Notes: generated by a model from the sequence alone, not told the origin. A DNA stretch of 25,224 nucleotides from a virus (IMGVR_UViG_3300002835_005179:64001-89224), one strand, 5' to 3'. Shown: positions 16,223 through 22,975, counted from the stretch's first letter. Made by a program: numbers and translations.

Positions 16223-16564
16223 ATGTTTATCTCAAAACGCACTGAAAAATTTATTAGTAAGTTGAGTCCCAACGAAGACTTCAAAATCGGTCCACAACTC
16301 ACTAGATTGTATGAATTTGGAGACGGCAATGTAATTGATGTTATTTGTGATATAGTTTGTTATACGCCAGATTCAATTGATATTAAAACAGAATATGGAT
16401 CTATGTTGAAAGATTTGAATCTTACTGGATTGATTAATGAATTGGTAGATTATCTATTCGATTATCCAGGAGATTATGATTCTGAAGTTATATCTTATGG
16501 TAATTGGTTAATAGGTTTAACTATACGCAATGATCGATTTTGGGAAGAATATAATCGAAAATAA
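16223..16564 (+). CDS. Hypothetical protein
   Basis: 113-aa ORF with phage-like composition. Confidence 0.7.
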   Translation: MFISKRTEKFISKLSPNEDFKIGPQLTRLYEFGDGNVIDVICDIVCYTPDSIDIKTEYGSMLKDLNLTGLINELVDYLFDYPGDYDSEVISYGNWLIGLTIRNDRFWEEYNRK

Positions 16565-16572
16565 TTAAAGAC

Positions 16573-16662
16573 GGAAAATTGGCAGAGTGGTATTGCACCT
16601 GATTGCTAATCAGTGGTCGTCCTGAAAGGGATGCACAAGTTCGAATCTTGTATTTTCCGCCA
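16573..16662 (+). tRNA. tRNA-Ser(GCT)
   Basis: Canonical 7/5 cloverleaf, long V arm, loop TT-GCT-AA, G73, CCA encoded. Confidence 0.93.
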
Positions 16663-16691
16663 TTGCTTTTTTGTTGTAAATATACTATAAT
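16663..16691 (+). promoter_or_regulatory. Sigma70-like promoter for tRNA-Ile/AAA ATPase
   Basis: TTGCTT-N17-TATAAT. Confidence 0.7.
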
Positions 16692-16702
16692 AGTATTGTA
16701 GT

Positions 16703-16777
16703 GGACGAGTAGCTTAGAGGTAAAGCGTTCGACTGATAATCGAAAGACCGACGGTTCGATCCCTTCCTCGTCCACCA
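16703..16777 (+). tRNA. tRNA-Ile(GAT)
   Basis: ggacgag/ctcgtcc acceptor, loop CT-GAT-AA, A-CCA. Confidence 0.93.
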
Positions 16778-16806
16778 AATTGAATAATAAGTAAAGGATA
16801 ATAATC

Positions 16807-17868
16807 ATGAGTCTATTTGTTAAGAATGGGAGTAATTATCGAGTTACATCGAATGAGAATTTAGATGTGCGAACGATGTTACCAGCAGGAACTTATAATG
16901 TTAATTATGATACTATGAAGAATGAGTTTTCTTTGAATCATATTGAATCTTTTGACATTCCTAATAAATTGTATGGCGATCTAACAAAGAATCGTGATCG
17001 AATTCTGAATACATTCAACGATCGAGAATCTTCAACTGGTGTTATTTTGTGTGGTGAAAAGGGTTCGGGAAAATCTCTTCTAGCAAAAGCTATCTGTATT
17101 TCTGCAGCCGAACAAGGAATTCCGACTATCATCATTAGTCAACCATGGTTTGGCGACACGTTTAACACTTTCGTTCAATCAATTAAACAATCTGCAATTA
17201 TTTTCTTCGACGAATTCGAGAAAGTTTATTCGGGGAAAGAGGCTCAAGAAGCTATTCTAACGCTTTTCGATGGTGTTTATCCAACCAAGAAAATGTTTAT
17301 TTGTACTTGTAATGATAAATTCAAGATTGATTATAATATGAAAAATCGACCAGGAAGAATCTATTACATGCTAGATTTTACTGGACTAGAAGTATCATTC
17401 GTTCGTGATTATTGTGAAGAAAATCTAATCAACAAGTCTAATATCAATTCAGTTTGTAATCTATCAATGGCATTCAATAACTTCAATTTCGATATGTTGA
17501 AAGCTATTGTTGAAGAAATGAATCGATATGACGAAACAGCAAATGAAGTAATTAAGGTTATTAACACCAAAATGGAATTCGTTTCTCCTTCTAAATATAA
17601 GATCGAGTTCACACCAAACCGTGAGTTGAATATCCAAGAAGGTAGCGTTGAGAAAATATATACTGGAAATCCTATTACTAATAATGTGCTACTAAATTAT
17701 TATATTGTTGAGGGTGATGGTGAGATGTATGGTCAAACCACTTTCTCGCCAAATGAAATTGTTGTGTTAGATCCTTCTGGAAAAGTCGTCTATGTTAATT
17801 CTGCTGGCGATAAGTTGGTCTTGATCAAAGAAGAAACGAAATTAGTTATGCGAAATTTCGCATTCTAA
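16807..17868 (+). CDS. AAA+ ATPase
   Basis: Walker A GEKGSGKS, Walker B IFFDEFEK and NRPGRI. Confidence 0.9.
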   Translation: MSLFVKNGSNYRVTSNENLDVRTMLPAGTYNVNYDTMKNEFSLNHIESFDIPNKLYGDLTKNRDRILNTFNDRESSTGVILCGEKGSGKSLLAKAICISAAEQGIPTIIISQPWFGDTFNTFVQSIKQSAIIFFDEFEKVYSGKEAQEAILTLFDGVYPTKKMFICTCNDKFKIDYNMKNRPGRIYYMLDFTGLEVSFVRDYCEENLINKSNINSVCNLSMAFNNFNFDMLKAIVEEMNRYDETANEVIKVINTKMEFVSPSKYKIEFTPNRELNIQEGSVEKIYTGNPITNNVLLNYYIVEGDGEMYGQTTFSPNEIVVLDPSGKVVYVNSAGDKLVLIKEETKLVMRNFAF

Positions 17869-17874
17869 TAAATA
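17867..17874 (+). promoter_or_regulatory. Possible late promoter AATAAATA for tRNA-Thr/Gln
   Basis: Ends 6 nt before the tRNA-Thr 5' end. Confidence 0.45.
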
Positions 17875-17880
17875 GAGGGT

Positions 17881-17955
17881 GCTGCGATAGCTCAATGGTA
17901 CAGCAGCAGTTTAGTAAACTGCAGATTGACGGTTCGATCCCGTCTCGCAGCTCCA
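17881..17955 (+). tRNA. tRNA-Thr(AGT)
   Basis: gctgcga/tcgcagc acceptor, gcagt/actgc stem, loop TT-AGT-AA, T-CCA. Confidence 0.92.
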
Positions 17956-17962
17956 ACTTTGA

Positions 17963-18036
17963 TGGGGTGTAGCTTAATGGTAAAGCATCCGACTTTGACT
18001 CGGAGTATGGGAGTTCGATTCTCTCCACCCTAACCA
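17963..18036 (+). tRNA. tRNA-Gln(TTG)
   Basis: T1-A72 acceptor, loop CT-TTG-AC, CCA encoded. Confidence 0.92.
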
Positions 18037-18054
18037 CTTAATATAGAGAATAAT

Positions 18055-18624
18055 ATGAAATATCTTTTTTGTGATACAGAAACAAGCGGAATCGATCCAT
18101 CTAAGCATGGAATTATCCAAATTGCTGGTTTAATTGACATTGATGGGGAAATCAAAGAATCTTTTGATATTAAGATACAACCCTTTCCAAATCAATTGAT
18201 CTCAAAAGAATCTATGAAGATCAATGGACTTACTGTAGAGGATCTTAAGACATTTCATAAACCACAAGAAGGTTACGCCTTATTGACTGAAATATTTTCG
18301 AAGTATATTTCTAAGTTTGATAAAACAGATAAGTTCTTTTTCGTTGGGTATAATTCAAATTTCGATGATTCATTTCTAAGACAATTCTTTATTAATTCTG
18401 GAGATGAATATTATGGTTCTTGGATTTGGTGGCCGACAATTGATGTATCATCATTTGCTATGGAATTTTTGAAGGAAGAAAGATCTAAGTTTCCAAATTT
18501 CAAATTGGCAACTGTTGCAAAGGCTTTTGGTATCTCAGTTGATGAATCTAGATTACATGAAGCAGTATATGATTCAATTTTAACTCGCTCCATATATCGA
18601 AAGATGATTCTTGGGATTGACTAA
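18055..18624 (+). CDS. DEDDh 3'-5' exonuclease (Pol III epsilon-like)
   Basis: CDTETSG, GYNSNFD and HEAVYD. Confidence 0.9.
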   Translation: MKYLFCDTETSGIDPSKHGIIQIAGLIDIDGEIKESFDIKIQPFPNQLISKESMKINGLTVEDLKTFHKPQEGYALLTEIFSKYISKFDKTDKFFFVGYNSNFDDSFLRQFFINSGDEYYGSWIWWPTIDVSSFAMEFLKEERSKFPNFKLATVAKAFGISVDESRLHEAVYDSILTRSIYRKMILGID

Positions 18625-18662
18625 ATTGTATTTTTAAGTTAAAATAAATATGGGAGAATACT

Positions 18663-18953
18663 ATGATTAAAGTGAATGTATATGGAAAGAATTATGTTCT
18701 TGATTTCGCTTACTCTATGGATGAGCGTGCAGAAATGAATTCAGGTAGGATTACAAAAGCAATGTTATTTGAAGATCTTGGAAATAAGAAAGATCAAAAT
18801 TATTCCAAACCTGATTATATCGGTGTAGCAATGAAACATCCTAAGGATCGAGATGTTAAGGAAAATGCGAGAAAGGCTGCAATTCGGAAGCTAGTCTCTC
18901 GGTTTGATTATGAAACTCGTTCATCTGTGTGGGCAGCTTATTTTGCACGATGA
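18663..18953 (+). CDS. Hypothetical protein
   Basis: 96-aa ORF with SD GGAG. Confidence 0.7.
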   Translation: MIKVNVYGKNYVLDFAYSMDERAEMNSGRITKAMLFEDLGNKKDQNYSKPDYIGVAMKHPKDRDVKENARKAAIRKLVSRFDYETRSSVWAAYFAR

Positions 18954-18982
18954 TAAATATTAAATAATTTATGGAGAGATAG

Positions 18983-19486
18983 ATGACTGTTCTTGTTTTA
19001 AATTCACAATATTTGCCCATACAAACAACTTCGGTAAAGAAAGCTGTAAAATTGATTTATCGTGGTGTTGCTGTGGCAGAGAAGTACACAGAACAAGTAT
19101 GGAAATCTATCTCTTCAGAAATGATTCTTCCGGCTGTTATTCGTCTAATCAATTTTCATAGATTACCGAATAGATCTTATAAGTTATCTAAGAAGAATAT
19201 TCTCATCAGAGATAGATATACTTGCCAATATTGTCAGGGAATCTTCTCTGAAAGAACTCTGACATTAGATCATGTTATTCCAAAATCAAAGGGTGGATCT
19301 TCTCGTTGGGAAAATTTAGTTGCCGCTTGTAGAAAGTGTAATTCTAAGAAAGCCGATAAGACACCCGAAGAAGCGTGCATGAGATTGTTGTCGAAACCAA
19401 TGAAATTGACAGTCCACACTCACACAACAATATTGAGAAATAAAGGAGAATCAAGACCAGAGTGGTCTGAGTTCTTATTCAATTAA
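18983..19486 (+). CDS. HNH endonuclease
   Basis: RDRYTCQYC, DHVIPKSKGG and WENLVAACRKCNSKK. Confidence 0.93.
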   Translation: MTVLVLNSQYLPIQTTSVKKAVKLIYRGVAVAEKYTEQVWKSISSEMILPAVIRLINFHRLPNRSYKLSKKNILIRDRYTCQYCQGIFSERTLTLDHVIPKSKGGSSRWENLVAACRKCNSKKADKTPEEACMRLLSKPMKLTVHTHTTILRNKGESRPEWSEFLFN

Positions 19487-19497
19487 GGAATATATGT

Positions 19498-19791
19498 ATG
19501 AATAATTTTATAGATGATCTTGATATTTTTTGGAATATATTGAGATATATTGTAACGATTGGTGTAATAGCCTTATTTACTGTAAGTTTCTTGTATTCAG
19601 GAAAACAGGAATCATATTATATCTCTCAAGAATCTAATAGCAAAACGCAATTTTATTGTGTGTATGCGGATATTAATTGGAGGCCAGATCAACTAATTTA
19701 TTGCTCAGGGAATATTGTTAATGTCTTGATGATTAAGAATGCAGTGTCTTCACAGACACAGAATGATTCTTTAGAAAAGAAAGTCGATTAA
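19498..19791 (+). CDS. Hypothetical membrane protein
   Basis: One hydrophobic segment ILRYIVTIGVIALFTVSFLY; SD AAGGA. Confidence 0.7.
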   Translation: MNNFIDDLDIFWNILRYIVTIGVIALFTVSFLYSGKQESYYISQESNSKTQFYCVYADINWRPDQLIYCSGNIVNVLMIKNAVSSQTQNDSLEKKVD

Positions 19792-19795
19792 CAAT

Positions 19796-19871
19796 AGTTC
19801 CATAACTCAATGGTTAGAGTGCTTACCTTATAAGCAAGTGGTTCTCGGTTCGAATCCGAGTGTGACTACCA
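19796..19871 (+). tRNA. tRNA-Ile(TAT), with two stem mismatches
   Basis: Loop CT-TAT-AA, T arm ctcgg-TTCGAAT-ccgag, A-CCA; C:T mismatch in acceptor and A:C mismatch in anticodon stem. Confidence 0.82.
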
Positions 19872-19874
19872 AAT

Positions 19875-19949
19875 GCCCCTATAGTTCAACGGAAAGAACA
19901 CTAGTCTACGAAACTAAAGATCCAAGTTCAAGTCTTGGTAGGGGTTCCA
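19875..19949 (+). tRNA. tRNA-Arg(ACG)
   Basis: gccccta/taggggt acceptor, loop CT-ACG-AA, CCA encoded. Confidence 0.9.
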
Positions 19950-19956
19950 AAATTAT

Positions 19957-20082
19957 ATGTTAAATGATTTATACGAATTCTTATTTTGTCCAATACATGG
20001 AATACTTTCACCAAGAAATTGGTCAATGATTATTCCAAGTATGATGATGTGTGTATATTATCTTAAACGGAAAATGTTGTAG
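19957..20082 (+). CDS. 41-aa hydrophobic peptide (not in ORF track)
   Basis: MLNDLYEFLFCPIHGILSPRNWSMIIPSMMMCVYYLKRKML, lying between tRNA-Arg and a terminator. Confidence 0.5.
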   Translation: MLNDLYEFLFCPIHGILSPRNWSMIIPSMMMCVYYLKRKML

Positions 20083-20083
20083 G

Positions 20084-20104
20084 GAGCCGAAAGGCTCATT
20101 TTTT
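20084..20104 (+). terminator. Rho-independent terminator
   Basis: gagcc-GAAA-ggctc followed by a T tract. Confidence 0.8.
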
Positions 20105-20115
20105 GCATTTAAACT

Positions 20116-20213
20116 ATATTCTCTTTAGAATCAATGACTTGCGCCAAGTGATTGACAACAAAGAGAATATTCTTTCGAAAAAACTTTGTCCTGTGATCCG
20201 TTCGAGGTATAAT
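20116..20213 (+). promoter_or_regulatory. Long hairpin plus early promoter module, copy B
   Basis: Arms atattctcttt/aaagagaatat around the same core palindrome, then TTTGTC-N17-TATAAT-N6-ATG. Confidence 0.8.
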
Positions 20214-20219
20214 GGTTCT

Positions 20220-20669
20220 ATGGAATTTGAACAACTGAAATCTATCTTTCCTGACGCAACGCTCGAGACCTGGCATCAGCATCCGAACGGAGGAGGCTGG
20301 GTCGAGAATACAGCGACAGTAGAGGAGACAGCGTTCGTTGGACCGAACGCTGTCGTCTCTGGGTTCGCTTCGGTCTCTGGGGACGCTCGGGTCTCTGGGA
20401 ACGCTCGGGTCTTTGGGGACGCTTGGGTCTTTGGGAACGCTCGAGTCTCTGAGACCGCTTCGGTCTCTGGGAAAGCTTTGGTCTCTGGGGACGCTTCGGT
20501 CTTTGGGGACGCTTGGGTCTCTGGGACCGCTTGGGTCTCTGGGACCGCTTCGGTCTCTGGGTTCGCTTCGGTCTCTGAGGAAGCTTGGGTCTCTGGGGAA
20601 GCTTCGGTCTCTGGGAACGCTTCGGTCTCTGGGAACGCTTCGGTCTCTGGATCTACAGTCTTGAAATAA
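20220..20669 (+). CDS. Left-handed beta-helix (hexapeptide repeat) protein; true start 20220
   Basis: About 17 AxV(S/F)Gx repeats after HPNGGGWV; ATG 6 nt after the -10 box. Confidence 0.85.
   Translation: MEFEQLKSIFPDATLETWHQHPNGGGWVENTATVEETAFVGPNAVVSGFASVSGDARVSGNARVFGDAWVFGNARVSETASVSGKALVSGDASVFGDAWVSGTAWVSGTASVSGFASVSEEAWVSGEASVSGNASVSGNASVSGSTVLK
20345..20650 (+). repeat. 18-bp tandem repeat array (core gtctctggg)
   Basis: Imperfect gcttcggtctctgggaac units encoding the hexapeptide. Confidence 0.9.
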
Positions 20670-20674
20670 ATTTC

Positions 20675-20742
20675 AAGTCACTCATTCTAAACCAGATATT
20701 CTTTCGAAAAAACTTGCTTCGATTCTTTGAGTACGCTATAAT
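20675..20742 (+). promoter_or_regulatory. Degenerate hairpin/promoter module, copy C
   Basis: caagtca-N15-atattctttcgaaaaaa-c-TTGCTT-N17-TATAAT aligns without gaps to copy A. Confidence 0.75.
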
Positions 20743-20761
20743 GGTTCTATAAGGAAATCTG

Positions 20762-20899
20762 ATGATCACTGAAAAACAGTACCTCGAACAGATTGCTAAG
20801 GAAAACACCGAAGCTCTATCGAAGTATCTTGCGAATGGTGGTGGAGTCACTCAATGCAAGCCTGGGACTCCGAAGTCGATCAAGAAGTGGAAAACGTAG
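20762..20899 (+). CDS. 45-aa protein (not in ORF track)
   Basis: MITEKQYLEQIAKENTEALSKYLANGGGVTQCKPGTPKSIKKWKT; SD AAGGA. Confidence 0.7.
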   Translation: MITEKQYLEQIAKENTEALSKYLANGGGVTQCKPGTPKSIKKWKT

Positions 20900-21002
20900 T
20901 TGGGATGCGAATATTTCTGACCGGAATCGTCTTTCGAAAGGTTTGAGTCTGAACGATCTCCATGCGAAATTGCCTCGTCCTGATTCTTTTGTGTAAAATT
21001 TT

Positions 21003-21042
21003 TCGGTGATTCCTTGACAATCACCGACGCCTCTAGTATAAT
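21003..21042 (+). promoter_or_regulatory. Consensus early promoter with a palindrome straddling the -35 box
   Basis: TTGACA-N17-TATAAT; tcggtgatt (21003-21011) / aatcaccga (21019-21027). Confidence 0.85.
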
Positions 21043-21081
21043 AGTTGAGTAGGGAAAATTCCCAGAAAAGGAAAATTAATT

Positions 21082-21573
21082 ATGGCTCGTGTTAAGGTTT
21101 CTCGTGAATTGGCTTTGAAGGCTTTTGTGGATTCTCTGATGGAGACTTTCGTGGACACAAAGACGTTTAGTCGTGCGAACGTCGAACAGATTGGTAAGAC
21201 TAATCCTATCGGTCAAACGATGTTCGCTTCCCAGGGTCAGGGTTATGGTAAGATGACTCGTATTGGTCAGGGACAGTACATGATTCCGGATGCTTGGATG
21301 ACTGGTAAGTCGCCGTGGGAAGGTGTTGTTGAAATCGTCCCGGTTGCAACCACGAAAGCTCCAAAGGCTCCGAAGTCGACTGATTCTGCGCCAAAGACCA
21401 AGAAGGCGAAGACGCCGAAAATCGAGGAAGTTGAAGTTGCCGAACGAATTACTTCTTCCGTGAAGAAGAATATCCAGAAGGCGGCTTCAAAGAAAGAGTT
21501 GTTTGAGAAGGCGAAGGATCTTCTTGCGAAGAAGAAGCAGAAAACTTCTGTGGCGACTACTGAAACCGAATAA
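21082..21573 (+). CDS. Putative DNA-binding protein: wHTH-like domain plus Lys/Ala/Pro-rich tail
   Basis: N-domain resembles the CobS N-terminus; histone-like tail PKAPKSTDSAPKTKKAKTPK; SD AAGGA. Confidence 0.65.
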   Translation: MARVKVSRELALKAFVDSLMETFVDTKTFSRANVEQIGKTNPIGQTMFASQGQGYGKMTRIGQGQYMIPDAWMTGKSPWEGVVEIVPVATTKAPKAPKSTDSAPKTKKAKTPKIEEVEVAERITSSVKKNIQKAASKKELFEKAKDLLAKKKQKTSVATTETE

Positions 21574-21587
21574 GTTTGTGTCTCATA

Positions 21588-21613
21588 AATGGGGTGGAAA
21601 CACCCCATTTTTC
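21588..21613 (+). terminator. Rho-independent terminator
   Basis: aaatggggtg-GAAA-caccccattt followed by T residues. Confidence 0.9.
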
Positions 21614-21635
21614 ATTGTATAAGTAAAAGGTAACC

Positions 21636-22490
21636 ATGATTCTACTAGACTTAAATCAAATTGTTGTATCAAATATAATGCAACAAATTAATATAACTAA
21701 GAACGATGAGATTGAAGAAGATTTCCTTCGACACATGATCCTCAATTCTATCCGGTCAGTTAAGTCTAAGTTTGGCGATGATTACGGTGAACTCATTCTA
21801 TGTTCCGATTCTTTCAATTATTGGAGGAAAGATATCTTTCCTCAGTATAAAGCGAATAGAAAGAAATCACGTGATTCTTCCATCTTTGATTGGAACGTTA
21901 TCTTCAAAACAATTAATAAGATCAAAACAGAGATTCGTGAAAACTTCCCATACCATTATCTCGAGATTCCTACATGTGAAGCAGATGATGTAATTGCGAC
22001 TCTGACTGAAAAATTTTCTTCTTCCGAGAAGATTCTAATTGTATCTGGAGATAAAGACTTCGTTCAATTACAAAAGTATCCTAATGTTTCGCAGTATTCA
22101 ACTATCATGAAATCATGGATTAAAGAACAGAATCCTAAGAGATATCTTCTTGAAAAGGTTTTGAATGGTGATTCTGGAGACGGTGTTCCTAATTTCTTAT
22201 CTGATGATGATACTTTTGTGACAGAAGGTAAGAGACAGAGAAGATTAACCAAGAAGAAGATCGAACAAATTCTCTCTTGCGCAAAACCTGAGTCTATCAT
22301 GACTTCTTCAGAACTAGCTGGTTATATGCGTAATAAATATTTGATAGATTTTGATTGTATTCCAGAAGATCTGAAAGAAGAGATATTGGGCGAATACAGT
22401 AAACCGATCGAACCAACTTCCACACAAATATATAGATATTTGATGTCACATAAATTGTCGAATCTATTGAATAAAATTGGAGATTTTTAA
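21636..22490 (+). CDS. rnh: T4-type RNase H / 5'-3' exonuclease
   Basis: LLDLNQI, YWRK..FPQYKANRKK, EADDVIA, SGDKDFVQL and GDSGDGVPN. Confidence 0.95.
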   Translation: MILLDLNQIVVSNIMQQINITKNDEIEEDFLRHMILNSIRSVKSKFGDDYGELILCSDSFNYWRKDIFPQYKANRKKSRDSSIFDWNVIFKTINKIKTEIRENFPYHYLEIPTCEADDVIATLTEKFSSSEKILIVSGDKDFVQLQKYPNVSQYSTIMKSWIKEQNPKRYLLEKVLNGDSGDGVPNFLSDDDTFVTEGKRQRRLTKKKIEQILSCAKPESIMTSSELAGYMRNKYLIDFDCIPEDLKEEILGEYSKPIEPTSTQIYRYLMSHKLSNLLNKIGDF

Positions 22491-22491
22491 G

Positions 22492-22926
22492 ATGTATCAG
22501 AAAGCAATTCCTGAAGTGCTAAGATTAGCAAATGATATTGAAGATCAAGAAGAGCGTGCTAAGTTCCTGAAGATTCATATGCGAGAATCGTTATACAAGG
22601 TTCTCGCATGTTTTCATAATGAGAATATTGAATTTGATAAATTTAAAGATATCAAATACACAACCAAACATAATAAAGCAGGTATCTCTGATTCAACTCT
22701 AGATCATGAGATGAAACGATTATATATCTTTACGAAAGATAATCCACTTCCACTAGAACGTAAACGACAGAAGCTGGCACAGATTCTAGAGAGTATGTAT
22801 GCGGAAGAATCCGATTTGGTCTACAATAACATTATCCAAAAGAAGAATCCTTATAAGAATCTGAATAAGAACTTCATTAAGAAATACTTTCCACAAGTTC
22901 TAAACTACACGATAGTTAGAAAATAA
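22492..22926 (+). CDS. Hypothetical protein following rnh (ATG 22492)
   Basis: Pattern IPEVLRLA..LKIH..STLDHEMKRLYIF..KLAQILES, which I recall from T4-like phage hypotheticals. Confidence 0.7.
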   Translation: MYQKAIPEVLRLANDIEDQEERAKFLKIHMRESLYKVLACFHNENIEFDKFKDIKYTTKHNKAGISDSTLDHEMKRLYIFTKDNPLPLERKRQKLAQILESMYAEESDLVYNNIIQKKNPYKNLNKNFIKKYFPQVLNYTIVRK

Positions 22927-22928
22927 AC

Positions 22929-22957
22929 TTGATTACAAGTAGATAATATAGTATAAT
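22929..22957 (+). promoter_or_regulatory. Sigma70-like promoter for gp45
   Basis: TTGATT-N17-TATAAT. Confidence 0.6.
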
Positions 22958-22975
22958 ATATAAAGGTGATTTAAT

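Noticed and set aside
16521-16808. Minus-strand ORFs 16521-16808 and 17846-18037
   Set aside because: They are antisense shadows of tRNA genes.
18983-19486. Intron-encoded homing endonuclease
   Set aside because: The flanking genes are intact and no group I/II intron signatures were seen.
20103-20219. N-terminal extension of the beta-helix ORF
   Set aside because: It is occupied by the hairpin/promoter module; ATG 20220 fits the leaderless pattern.
20345-20650. CRISPR array
   Set aside because: The repeats are contiguous 18-mers without unique spacers and are protein-coding.
20338-20664. 108-aa SLGTLG-repeat ORF
   Set aside because: It is an alternative frame of the 18-bp array; the hexapeptide frame has the promoter-linked start and a recognisable fold.
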